This document shows positions 30,054 to 44,578 of a stretch of 64,000 bases of DNA, in pieces. This DNA is from Octopus vulgaris (lineage: Eukaryota). Where the stretch lies: assembly GCA_951406725.2 (NCBI GenBank), contig OX597821.1, forward strand, positions 38,068,001 to 38,132,000, written 5' to 3'. Numbering within the stretch: position 1 is the first letter of the stretch; each line of letters begins with the position of its first letter. Under the pieces are notes generated by a model that worked only from the letters and a program-made list of their open reading frames with translations, was not told where the DNA came from and ran no database searches. A program made the translations under genes and the position numbers.

Positions 30054-30130
30054 AATATAAAGCAGATATCTAGAATTTGTTTTAATATCTATTCTGTTTT
30101 ACTTATGCAATTTTTTTTTCTTCCTTCTAG

Positions 30131-30300
30131 AAAACTTTGAAATTGAACCCCTTATAGAAGCAGCTGTGACAACAGACACGAATGAACCAGTGTACGGCAA
30201 TTTAGGAGTGACAATTCCATCTGTGAAAGTGGAAGACCTGTGGGATTATATAAAGCGGAATAAAGAAAATGACATGGAAGGTTTAAAGAATGAATATAAG
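30131..30300 (+). CDS. RPTP exon (170 nt): juxtamembrane region / start of D1
   Basis: Acceptor ttttttcttccttctAG, donor AAG|GTAATT. Open frame ends ..GLKNEYK and joins the KNRY exon in phase 0. Confidence 0.85.
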
Positions 30301-33294
30301 GTAATTCTTTATAATTATAATTTTTCTCAAATACAAAGACGCAGAGGTGTGGCCGTGTGGTAAGGAGCTTGTTTCCCAAAGCACATAGTTTCGGCTTCAG
30401 TCGCACTGCGTGGCACTTGGGTAAGTGTTTTCATCTATAGCCTCAGGCCGACCAAAGCCCTGAGCGCATCTGGTAGGCGAAAACTGAAAGAAGCCCGTCG
30501 TATATATGTATATACCTATGTGTGTGTCTTTGTGTCTATATTTGTCTCCAACAACACTGCTTGGCAACATAGTGGTTCGGCAAAACAGAGTGATAGAATA
30601 AGAACGAGGTTTTGAAAATCCTGGGGTCGATTCATTTGACTAAAAATTCCTCAGGGTGGTACCCCAGCATGACTGCAGTCTAATGACTTAAACAAATCAA
30701 AGATGAAATATAGAGAGTAGCTTCGAACGTCATAGTGTACCCTAAATACGTACAAAATCTTGTTACGAATATTTATATTTTATCATCTAATTTACGATTC
30801 TAATACGTCCTCCGATGCAAACTATTCATATTGCTCTCACTCCTAACAGCTTTGAAAATATGAGTTTCTTTATTTCTTTATATTGAAACGCTGTGGATGG
30901 GAAATAAATGCATAGCAATAATGCTACTGGTTGAATAAGCTTTGGCTATTTTTGTTTCGTTAAAATCAATTCAGGAAAAGCGTAAATTAAATTTATGCTA
31001 TTTTGCCTCGTGTATCCGTCAATATATGCTGTTCTTATCCCTTAGTTGTGTTAAATTAGAAATATACTTTTCTCATCGGCTTGAACCGTCTCCTTCCAAA
31101 GAGAAATATTCACTTGTCGAATGTTAACTAGAAGCGGGGTGGCTGCTGATATAAATCTCACTACTGTTAAGGGAATTGCTTGACTGCGTTGTGCCATTAC
31201 TGATTCAGTAGAAATATCATGTCTAAATTCTTCACAACCACCTATAAACCTGAAGCTATGTAACATGTTCTGTGAAAATGGTTCCCGGCCTAGTTTAGAG
31301 CTGGAGCTCTAAGTGCAAAACATTCTGTCCAGGGTTAGTGGGGTATGCATTTATATATATATATATATATACACATACATACACATATGTGTAATTGTAT
31401 ACATATGCACACATTTTTCATATGTGTACGTATACATTTCCTTTTGTTCTTTTCTATCGAAGTGTGCAAGCAGGGGCATTTCGTTGTAAAATGTAGTCAA
31501 TGAAATCCACATCGATTCATATTTCAGGTGTGTTACTTCTGCTGAACTCCGAAAGTATAGGGACGTGAACAAACCAACACCGTCTGTGAAGCGGTGGGAT
31601 ATAAACGCAAACATATAGACAAGCATATGTATATATGATGCCATAATAGAATACATTTTCCTAAGTGCGGCGCTATGGGACTGAGCCGAAACGCACAGCT
31701 ATACTTTCACTTAACCATCACTTTATCTTCGTTTTGCTGCTGTATAAGTCTCTCCGAGAGATTTAGAAATGCAATATTTCTAATTTTATATATACATAGG
31801 TTTTAGCAGAAAAAATGCATTTAGAGTTGCATGTTCTCAATAACCATCAATCCTTATAAAATCCTGTGACATTAAACAATTCTTCTAGATTATTCGACTC
31901 CGTAGACAATTTAAACGTTCCTGATGAATAAGAAAAGTGTATGACAAAATATATTTATGTTCCTTGCAAATAATCGTTAAACTTCCTTACTTTATCAAAA
32001 CTGCACCTACAAAAGAGTAATGAAGCTATTTACAGTTATCTTTGCCATTTGCTTTTAGCTTGAAGGACTAATTTTCATTTTCTTTCATAAACCTATTATA
32101 CATTTCCTTCAATAAAATAAACCTGATAACTACCGCTGGCTCTATATTCCTAATTAATTTTCTACACTACAGTTTGTTTCGAGGGCGATAAATAAAATCA
32201 TTACTTTGAATTAGTTGTACCGTCGATAGGAGTATTATCGCATTAGACGAATAATTCTCATTTATTAAGACGCTTTAAAAATATATGCATATATAAGTGC
32301 TTTACTCTACATATTCCCTTTAAACTTTATATATAACCACTTCTACTTTTATTCTCTTTCTTCCTACTTCATACTGATAGTAATCTTCGTCGTTTATTTC
32401 TTCTTCATCTCTCCTTGCTTTTGCTTGTTCAACTGAAATTATTTCCATTTTCTAATTTTATCGTTCATTACTCTCTTTTACAAATTAGTTGTAATATTTA
32501 CAGAGTTTATTAATGCCTCTTGAAAACGTTAAACTATGAAAATATCTTTTTAGCAACTATTTTTTCAAGAACAATAATTCATGCGTCCAACAATTGGCCA
32601 CCAAAACATAAAGAGTAACTGAATTAAATAGACAAAAATGGAGTTAGTGTGTATAGCAGCGTATACATGCATAGCAATCAAAAACTAGATACAATCCAAT
32701 TCAGTTTATTGAAGCCAATAGCTGTGGCAAACTGGTCTTGCAAGTTCAGAAATATTTTAAATTGCAAATGCAACTAACAATTTACATTATAAATAATAAA
32801 CCATATTATAATTCGGCTTTTCACAACTAACAAAAAAAGTAATCATTTATGCCACAGCTTTAGTGACATCAGTTTTTCTCCTCCAATATGCAACCATACA
32901 AGCACAACTAGTAGCGCTTGCAGAAACAGGTATCACAGATATCAATCTAATATTGCTTTCGATAATTAATAATCTCTCGTATTAGAAATCCTGTTCAGCG
33001 TAAAATAGATTCGTTCAGCTTGTTCAATGAAGCCGCCAAATGTTTTTTTACTAAGTTTTGCTAACCTTGTAAAAATTGGCGCCCTTGTTTTTGGTATAGT
33101 TTCCTCAGCTCTCAAAACAATTTTGCAAACCTTAATATCTACTGAATATTTGTAGGATTTAGAACAATTATTTATAATATTCTAAATATTTTTCACATAA
33201 GTCTATACATATTTTGAATTAAGTATCAATAATTCGGCATTTGCACGAATAAATATATGTTTATAGAGGAATGTGATTAGGAAGACTACGGCGC

Positions 33295-33326
<32 letters not shown>

Positions 33327-34443
33327 TACACATCCATCGGTTTCTAGAGATCATGGATCTACACCCAACGAAATCGTGTCAGCTGCTGATGATGGTGCAA
33401 CGTCTGTCGTGGCTGTAGAGGCCCACACGGAAGTGGCAGTCATACATAGAGCGACTGCATTTGAAGGGGCTCTCTGCCAGTGAGAGTACTACTCTTTTTT
33501 CCTCCCGTCGAGTGCGCTTTTCTTTGATGACGAGTTCCTGTTTTTCTTCCACTCTCTTCATTCACTTTCACGCAGTATTTGCCTGCAGTGTGGATAATCA
33601 TTTGCTATATATATATATATATATATATATACTACAAAGATCGTTCGCTTAACTTCCAACAAACAAGATTAATATTCACTTTTCAAATATTATATCTATA
33701 AATACTCGGCGTTTCCTAATTGTTGTTGGAAGAAACTATAAATATTTGCAAATTATTATGATACATAAAGCATAATAATTTATTGATGCAATTAATATTT
33801 ATACAAACATCTAAGTGTATATTATTATAAATAGTTGTGTGAGAGATATAAATATATAAATATTAATATTTGTCTCGCTTGACATTGTTGTATAAAAGTA
33901 TGTCTACCTTCATTTAACAGCATGAAAGACATTGCTTAGCTTCATTTGTCCTCGAATCGTTTTGTTAGTATCAATTCATTTTAAGTTCCGTGAAATTTCT
34001 TTATTTTGTCCAGCGATAATCGTAAACAAGAGTAATTATACCTGAAATCTTATTTCCCTTTCAATGTCACAAAGATTTTTACTTAATATTTCATATATTA
34101 CAATCATACTGCCATCTTCATAGATGTCTTTCAATTAGTTGTATTACTTACATAATACAGAGGTTTTGTATCTGATGTCCACACTATTATTATTATTGTT
34201 AATATTTAAAGGATCGATGTTTATTCCTCCACAAAGTAAAGAAACAATAAGGAGAGTGCGACTGTTATCGAATGAACAATATTTCAATTTCTCGTGCTTC
34301 TATACTTTCTGGGGGAGTCACCTCAATCCTATAAATATTACCAAAACGAAGTGGATTGACAAGTTTATTTTTGAACCTGTAGAAGACACACAAGATGTTG
34401 AAATATCATTCAGTTGATAACAATGGCATTATTCTTTTTCTGC

Positions 34444-34527
<84 letters not shown>

Positions 34528-34641
34528 GAGTGAGAGAGCAGTTCATGCCATCAAAGTGACACTGGGGTAAAATATACGAAGCCCAATATACCCATCATGA
34601 CTACCCGTCTGATAAGGGTACACCAGGCACATGCATCACTA

Positions 34642-34701
<60 letters not shown>

Positions 34702-36063
34702 ATTATTATTATGAAAGACTCTCGGATAGTTCTTAATTACCGGTTGTTCTTTACTTGCAAGCAGAAAATAGTAAATCACCAAAGTTTTCAAGTAGTGCCT
34801 TCTCCTGTGACTCAAAGAGACAATACTCTCTTTAGAATGCAAGTTGTACCCAACAAAATTATCTTCTCGATCACTTCGAGCATGACAACAGCAGTTCCAA
34901 TATTCTTAATATGGGTTTCAAAGCTCTTGAAAACTGCTCCTAAAGCTCCAATTACCGCCGGTATCACCATTACATTCCTCATGCCCCATAACTTGCCTAT
35001 CTCGTCCCGCAGTGGCTGGTATTTCTAACACTTTTCTGCTTCTTTACATTTCACCCTCAAATCGCCTGGTATTGCAACATGAAAACTCACAGCGTATTTT
35101 GCTGGGTATGATGGAAAGTGTGCACAGCTAGCAGACTAAGTTGACACTTGTTTACTGGCCATGCTTCAAGAACCTTGCGAATAATTCTTTAAGTTCCAAG
35201 CAATGCTGATTTTTGTAGGTGTTTTACATTCACACTCGCACCAAGCTTTGTTGGTAGTTGAGAGCAGCAATTAGTTGTTTACATCATAGTTGCTTATTTT
35301 TTCTTCTTCTTCCACATTGATCCTGTTTTCATCGGGGCACGTCATGTCGATTATCATACATGTTCTTTCTTTTTTATTCACTACAACAATGTCCCGTTTT
35401 CGATGTTTGGTCGGGTACTGGATAGTTGTATCCAATTTTGTCCACTCTACAAAAGCTGCTGAGTATCTACGTAATGATACTGCTCAAGTATTTACAGCCT
35501 TCGCCAGATTCGAATCATTTAGCTTTGACGTCATTGACCTCCTCACCCTTCTGATGTATTTCCCCTCAATTTTCGTTTATATTTCTGTAGTTAGTACTCT
35601 GTCAGATTCTAATACTCCTAGATTCTTATAACTCTCTCCTTCTTCCAATGATTTTAATGTCTGGCCATCTGCTAATTGGATGCCTTCACTTTTCATGACA
35701 TATATTGCATACTTATCTATACAAAAGTCCATGCCCGTGTCTTTGCTGAGGAGTTTCACAGTCTGTATTAAGGAACTCGTCTCTTTTACATTCTTACTAA
35801 AAAGCTTCAGATCATCCATGTAGAGCAAATGGTTAATTTTTCCCTTACTATTTCTGAACTCATACCCTGCTTTTACCTTCCTTAATGCTAAACTGAGGAG
35901 GACCAAACATAGAACAAAAATTAAAGGGGACGATGAGGCCCCTGCAAAATTCCACTTTTGATACAAACTTTCCCTAACAGTGTGCCATCTGAGCACAGAC
36001 ATACTTTCCACTTCATGCTAAAGTTAATTAATTCTCTTATGTAGTTTGTCATACTGAATATAC

Positions 36064-36105
<42 letters not shown>

Positions 36106-36695
36106 GAGTGAGCAGACAAACTAAAATAGGGCACTCAACAAATTTATTGAGAGTTACATGTATGGATCAAAACAGTTTGATTCAGATTCGTTGGTACTCT
36201 TGAGTTTCAAGCTTTATGCTAGTCTTCATAGTCTTCAGTCATTTTGAATTTGAATGAAAGAAGGTGATTACTATTACCGTAAGGTGGATTGTGATTGGTT
36301 GAGGAAGGTCACGCGGTGTCATGATTTGGTGTTGCTATATCGGTATACCAGCGACAACAGTTGGAAAATACGGCATCGTGAACAGGAAATCGACCGCGTG
36401 GTGGACAGGAAATCGGTCAGCTTGTTTGAGGGATGTAGGAAGGAGCAGTATGTGCAAGTATATTGTTGTATATGTGGATGTGTAGACGCGCTCATATGGT
36501 TTTGCGTGCATGTCTGTATTGATGCAAGAGTGCGACTATAATATGGGTGCGCACGCCCCTCAGATATATAAACGAGCACGCATGCGCGCGCATACACATA
36601 TGCATATATATATGTATGAACACACACAGACACACACACATGCGTATTCATTTATATGTACATATGTACATACGCATGCATGTATATATACGCAC

Positions 36696-36769
<74 letters not shown>

Positions 36770-39250
36770 AAGAGTGGGTAATCATTATTTTTTCACACCG
36801 TTTTAATTTATCTTTCTTAGTGCGACAAAAACCAGTAATAAGCTGGAATTTTTGTTCCATTGCACTAAGCGGTATTCTACCCAACCAAACCGTATTAATC
36901 GGGTGTTTGCTCCTGGTAAAGTTTTGCCAGAAACAGAGATACACATGTAAAAATGCCGGGCGATATTTCGTACATTATGTATTAAAATGAAGCGTTTGAG
37001 GTCGATAAAAGAAATACCGTTAATTGACGTGTATTGATTCAATCACGAGTAACATACTCTTTTACAAATTGGTCTTTTGTGCCAAGCCAAGATAAATCGA
37101 TAATTAGTATTCTCCAACATTTAAAAATTCAAAATAGGCAAACTCTGAAAATAGCCATGGCATTTCTAAATATGAAGACATCGATCTAAATTTAGTTCAA
37201 TGGAAAAATATATTTCTAATAGAAATCATTATTTACAATTTTGATCTCCGTTTGGCAGTTAATTATTTTCCTGAAATTGTTTATGTTTATCATTATCTCC
37301 TTTTGTACGGCCGTTTACAACGGTAAAATGATTCTACTTATTTCGATGTTTCAGTAAAGTGCCGTTGTTTAATATTTCGTGATTTAATTGTTAGAGGCGT
37401 AAATTCTAAACTAATAACGGCTCGCATATGTTTGAGTACCTCTACTTACAAAAGTATTAGCTCGATTTAAGGTATTTATGAATTATTTTCACTGCTTAAA
37501 TGCAAACCCCTCCATGAAAAATTGAATATGGCAGTCTGTTTAAAATCTATTTTTATTAAACTTCCGTTTTTTATATTTTTAAGGGTTCCTCCTAATATTT
37601 AACTATTTAACTTAGAATGATTTTTATTTTACGTATTAAGCTCTGTTCTTGGTATATTGAAAAATGAATAAATGAAAGAAAACAATTACACACACACATA
37701 CATGATGATGATGATGATGAACTCTCCCGTCTAAGACGACAATTTGTTTATAATGATCAAATGTATGTGCCGCATATTAGCCACCCCCTCCATCAAATCG
37801 CCGTTACTTAAACAGATGTGCAGTGTAGCACGTGTCACGTATCGAGGTGGTCGCAGAGCAAAATGGGAAGAAATGGTAAGCTCAAGAATACAAAGTACCA
37901 CCCGGTCTAGGGATTGAAACAACAATCTTGTGATCGTGAGTGAAACACCTTCTATACACACATGTATGTACACATTAATGCTTTGATATTTAGCCACATA
38001 TATATATATATATATATAATGCATGCATGAGTGGAGGCGCAATGGCCCAGTGCTTAGGGCAGCGGACTCGCGATCGTAGGATTGGGTTTCGATTGCCAGA
38101 CCGGGCGTTGTAAGTGTTTATTGAGCGAAAACACCTAAAGCCCCACGAGGCTCCGGCAGGGGGTGGTGGCGATCCATGCTGTACTCTTTCGCTACAACTT
38201 TTTCTCAGTTTTTCATCTGTTGACCTGATTGCTTAGCCAGCGAGGTGGCCTCATTTGAAGGCTAAAACAATGCAAAGCGCAGTGTGACCAGCGATGTGTA
38301 GTAACATCTGATAGCCTGGTTAGTCACTGTGATCACAGTAATATATGCATGTGTATTTATTCACACACAGAGATATAAACACAACATATCTATCTATATA
38401 TATATATGTGTGTGTGTGTGTGATAGCATTATGTGCTGTTTGGACTTTTTAAATATTACCTTTTGATTTCATTTTCCTTTGTTGTGCGTTCATTTTGGTT
38501 GCTGCCATTGTCTGATGTCTAAAAGCTCTGACTAATATACCTCTCCACAGTACCTAGTATATCTCCTATACAGAATATAGTCTCATATCTCATTTAATGA
38601 ATATTTATTATTATTTTTATTTCGATTTTTTTTTCAAGTTACAATGCAGGAATTATTATTTCTATTGACAAAGTAGAAATGTTTTCTTCAGCTTCCGTAT
38701 TTAACGTTTATATCTTTCCTAATTGCAGTTTTCTGAAAAAGTGTATCAACCAATTTTGTGTATTTTAAGATGATTTAATCTCGAAACAATATCTTTCGTA
38801 AAGCCAATGACTTCACTCCGTTCGGCACTATGTCTCTTCTCTCTAATACCTCTGCTTTTTATGCTAATGGATTGCTACCGTTAGCAATCCTGTGATTGTT
38901 TTTTATTCTGTTTTCATCTGAAGTTTTAACTTGTTTAAAATGCGTGAATACAGGAAAGGACAAGACTACCATGAACTGTATGGCGGAATATTTATAAGAC
39001 TCTTTGTCATGAGGATTGCAATAAAATTCTTTATTATAACAGAATTATAATTCTTAATGTAACATTTATTTAAAATATTGTTGTTTTATAATATGTGGCT
39101 GTGTGGTAAGTAGCTTGTTTACCAACCACATGGTTCCGGGTTCAGTCCCACTGCGTGGCACCTTGGGCAAGTGTCTTCTACTATAGCCTCGGGCCGACCA
39201 AAGCCTTGTGAGTGGATTTGGTAGACGGAAACTGAAAGAAGTCCGTCGTA

Positions 39251-39309
<59 letters not shown>

Positions 39310-39568
39310 TTGTGTGTCTGTTTGTCCCCCTAGCATTGCTTGACAACCGATGCTGGTGTGTTTATGTCCCCGTCAATTAGCGGTTCGGCAAAAAGAGACC
39401 GATAGAATAAGTACTGGGCTTACAAAGAATAAGTCCCGGGGTCGAGTTGCTCGATTAAAGGTGGTGCTCCAGCATGGCCGCAGTCAAATGACTGAAACAA
39501 GTAAAAGAGAAAAAAAGATATATATATATATATAATACTCCTCACCCTTTTCCTACGTGTGTAAATAT

Positions 39569-39612
<44 letters not shown>

Positions 39613-39714
39613 TATAATATATATATGTATATATATATATAATATATATATATAATATATATGTATATATATATATAATATATATATGTATATATATATA
39701 TATTTATATATGTT

Positions 39715-39745
<31 letters not shown>

Positions 39746-39767
39746 ACATATATATATGTATATATGC

Positions 39768-39813
<46 letters not shown>

Positions 39814-40769
39814 GCACAAACCAAACGAGGAAGTCTCGTACATAGAGATAAGTTCCAACCACACACCAGCAGTAATTAAATAAATGGTTAACAACATTAG
39901 CAGGCGCGTCTATAATTTATCCGGCGACAAAGACACTTTTGAAAATGCTGGTCCATATATAATGCAGCAATAGAAAGGTCAAACTTCAAGAATAGCATAA
40001 ACTCCATCAAACCAAATATAAATAGACCAAGAAGACGCAGAGGAAAATTGTATGGTTCAACTCACCTTATATCATGAGTGTATCTACTAGCATAGCTAGG
40101 AAAGTCTCGTGTGCATTTCCTGTTTCCGTTTCAAACTCCACACAAAGAAGAAATATGCCCCAATGACGAACTACCTTAGCACACAAGTATAAGAGCACCA
40201 TGTCCAGAAAGAAAATACGACAAAATAATGCAAACAAATTGACCACAAAAAACTTGCCCAAAAGACAACTCCAAGGGAGACAAATAACGAAAAGATTCTA
40301 CACAGAAGTAACGTCCCTTGATTCATTAATTCATTGTCTTTTTCACATGAATTTAGGAGGACCCCCGTGAACTAAACGATGCTGTGTTTTCCAAAATGGA
40401 GGTGAACACTTTTCTCCATGTGATTGGCTTGGAAAACTGTTAAGACACTCGGATATTTTCCTACTTTTGGTAACATGAAACCAATGGTAGCCTTAATTCA
40501 CAAATAAAGAAATTATATCCACCAATGCAGCCTTGAGCACTCATTTTCATCGTTCGACATTTATACACTGCTCACATACACACGAATAAATGTGTGCGTA
40601 TGTGTGTGCTCAATACATACATACAGGTATAAGGAAATTTATTTCTCTGAGATTCCATTAATAATTAACTTCCATTATTTATTCTAAATGAATTAAGCTA
40701 TTTGATGTTAAGTACGTACACATACACGCACACATATATACATGCATACACACAAACACCACACATATG

Positions 40770-40800
<31 letters not shown>

Positions 40801-43124
40801 GCGTATACATATATGATATATATATGTATATATGATGTATGTATGTATGTATATAGCCTTTGTCGATTCGTGATAATTCATAAAAAATTTCGTTGTTGGA
40901 AATATGGAGCATGCGCAACTATATCTTCAAGCAGTCAGATGACATATTTTGAAACGGAAACAGGAAATGCGCATGAGACTTTTAATACATTCTAAAGTTG
41001 CTTTTCATTTTCTCTTCTTTCATTTGTTAATTTGTCATCTATCAACTAGTTTTAAGTGTGGCGTGAAGAGGGTATTCAAACCTGCTTTCAAAATATGCTA
41101 AAAGTTAAAAAAATATAGTTTTATAATTTCTATGTTCACAGAGGCAACAATACACACACATGTATGTATGTATGTGTGCGCGTATGTGTGTGTGTGCGTG
41201 CGCGCGCTTAAACTCTCTATGAGACTTTGGATATTTTGGAATTCTCATTTGATTACGAAATGCAGAATTTGACTGAAGCAGATGGGAAATAGCAATAATG
41301 GTGTATATTATATTTAACAGTGGTGTATATGTTACGAGGCGAAGCTAGAACGTTCCCGATAATGTCGTATTATTAATAATTTATATAAATTTTAATGGTT
41401 ACAAAGAAGGAAATGAAATGTACGTTGATGTTAATGTTTATTTGTACTAGCATTGAACATTAGAAATATCTGACTTATTACTATTTCAACTATAATATTA
41501 TTTCTAATAACTTTTGTGCATATTACAAAGATGCATTTCACTTTTATTATTTCATAAAATTGTATTTGTCACATAATCTTCACTTTTTTTTTTGCAGTAT
41601 ACCTTGTATTCTAATGTCGTCAAAATTATATTCTCACCATTAAAATAAATTCATAATTTTCGTACTCGTATATGTTTCGTTCAATTGCTTTGTCCTATCT
41701 ATGTTATATCGAGTAAAATTCAGTATTAAAATATATTGAATTCTCCTAGTTTCTATATATTTCATGTTGTATATTTCAGCTCACGCCAGCAGGACTCACA
41801 GCAAAATGCGATGTAGCAAAGAAAACGGAAAATAAAATGAAGAACCGATATGGTAATATTGTAGCATGTAAGTAATATTTTCTTCAAAACTTATTCATTA
41901 AAAATGTGATAGATGATAATAAAAGCCAGAGAAATAAATCACAATCGAGATTGGAATGCACTTCAATAAGTCTACTAATTCTAGTTACAGAGTATTGGTA
42001 GAGTTATTTGCTTCTTGGGGACGAACGAGATAGTGGAATGAGGTGTGGCAATGACGAAGTGGTAAAGGAAAAGAAGAAAGAAGTGGTGAATAGTAGTAGA
42101 TATGAGTTGCTGACTGGATGGGAGATTGATCGGAGGTTCAAATATTGCGGAAGCACGTAACAGCCTTGTACATGACAAATGTCATAGCCATACTACATCA
42201 GTCCAGCTTTTATTGGTCAGTCTGGCGAAAATGTCGTCGTCGGTGGTGGTCAACAACCAAGTCCGATTATCTCGGGAGCTAAGGCGTCTTTCATTCTTCC
42301 TAAAATCGAAATGATCTGTAAATTTGCCCTTCCTTTTGTTACCAACAGATCACAAAATGCCTTCTGCTTTTACGTTCAGTGCTAGCTCCTCGGAGCTTCT
42401 TGGAGCTCTGTAGTGCAACATTCTTCGACTCTTCAGCATTCTCCAATCTGGAATCTCCCACATAATTCTAAAACGACCATTTCTTTTTCACACGTGACTA
42501 CAATCTCAATGACCTACTAGTCTCTTCATTACACTACCTTCACATTACACTCAGCTATTTTCTTTGCTTGCTCGCCAACCTCTGCTACACTATTTCTCTT
42601 GTCATTTACAAACTGTCAGTACCACCTGTACATGATACATCTTCCCGTATCATGTGTCACATCACCATCTGCTTCACAATTGGTTTTACTGCATTAAATA
42701 TCGATTCTAAAACATCCGGCACATTGAGGAAACCAGCCACACTCACCCTATTTTATGGTCATCTACTGGACGTGTGCGACAACAGTACAAAATAAGCCAG
42801 GTGTGCATCGTTCTTTAAACGATTATACAGTTTCATAGACCACCGTTTTCTAGGTTTCGTATTGAACAATTGACCCGCTTAAACTCGCCCTACCTGCAAA
42901 TCTTAACAACCGGCTTACTTTACTCTAAACACACCTCATCATTTATTATTCACAATCACATACTCCACACTCTACCACCTACCTTTTCTTAGTTTTACAC
43001 TCACACAAAACCACTCGTACACACTTCAATCACACCTCACATTTAATTCTCCAAATACGCCTACTAACCACACGCACCATGACACCTTGCAAACATGCAC
43101 ACACACGCACACACACACGCACGC

Positions 43125-43160
<36 letters not shown>

Positions 43161-44513
43161 GCACTTTCCCACTCAGACACACATTGTTCGATTCTTATTT
43201 CACATAACAGACTTCACCACTCGAACCCCGCACTCTTCGAAACCATGATCACACCACCATCACACAGTTCTCTCTACACATCTACACTCACGTATTTGCC
43301 TACTCCCTAACACACACGTGCACGCATACATATACACACACATACTTTCAACGCATCACCTTCGCTTCAAAATCTTTCATATTCTCACGTCCCTCACATT
43401 TACCAAAGACTTTGCCGTCATTATTTAAAAGGTTACTTCTTTCTCCTTCTACCGCTGTATTTACCAGCTTCTATTCTCTTATCTTGACCACACGTCCAAA
43501 GACCAGACCAAGCACATATCTGTTGACCCGGTTGACTTCAACACCCTTGGCCAAAATCCTACTTTTCATAGGTCCATGCTAACAAACCCGGCGCCAGTCA
43601 TGTGTCCCCTTTCCTCCGACCACCCCCATTTACTATAATTCATCCCAAATGACCCATTCTAGTCATACAATCACAAATTTCGTGCATCCACATGCAACCG
43701 ACACTCTGTGAGCTCTTCGCGCACACAAAAATACGTGCGCCATGCGCATATTTCACTTTGTTTATGATCGTACCCATACCCCCCCCACTCCTGCACCCTA
43801 ATACTTCAGCTAATACCTGTTTCAATTTCCTCCGTCAACCATTCGCCAATACACAAACCTACTCAGCAACATTTTCTACAAGTCCCACTCATTTACACAA
43901 TGGCTTTGTTTGCGCATTCACACGCTTCCTTTTCCTTATTCTCTGAACTAAATATTCATTAACAGACACATGGACATACATACATCGTGGTTGTCTGCTC
44001 CCTGCATAGATGTAGAACACTACTCCCTATAATTGCTCTTTCCTAGCATGAGAACTTGAATGACTTTTGAGCCCTGAAAGGCGTTTGAAGAGCTGTTCAC
44101 ATATACTGCAGCAATGTCTCATGTTAGCATTAGTTCCGTTTCCACTTGTTTGTTATGTATGTTTAAGTGCCACTTCGATCCTCCGTGTGACTTACAGGTT
44201 TTCTGACAGACATTGCACTGAAACTGGTCAACCGGAATGAAATTCGAATAGTTCATATATCTCTTACCCACGTGGCCATACTGGTGCAATCTTATACCAG
44301 CGTGAAATATGAATTCTTTTGTGCATAAAGAACATTTAAAGAAAGGATGGGAGACTCTTGCAATGTTATTGATATTAATCTCATTTTCACGAAATTTTAT
44401 TTTCATTTCAGAATGCTTAAATCTGCCAAACTTAAAATCTTTAACACTGCTTCAAATCATATCTCTCCACGCTTTCCTATCTACTGCAAGCGAGTCAAGA
44501 CTTTTGCATGCAA

Positions 44514-44578
<65 letters not shown>

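Noticed and set aside
38031-38105. tRNA gene
   Set aside because: The tRNA-like head runs into a SINE body and tail and has no intact cloverleaf. The same applies to the other SINE heads.
42050-42480. Degraded LINE-like block on the minus strand
   Set aside because: It is more GC-rich than its surroundings, but no motif could be assigned confidently.
44119-44406. Host C2H2 zinc-finger gene
   Set aside because: It is preceded by an RTE DRxxWR motif, contains a stop and a frameshift, lacks TGEKP linkers and ends in a retroelement-like tail. A LINE 3' end explains it better.
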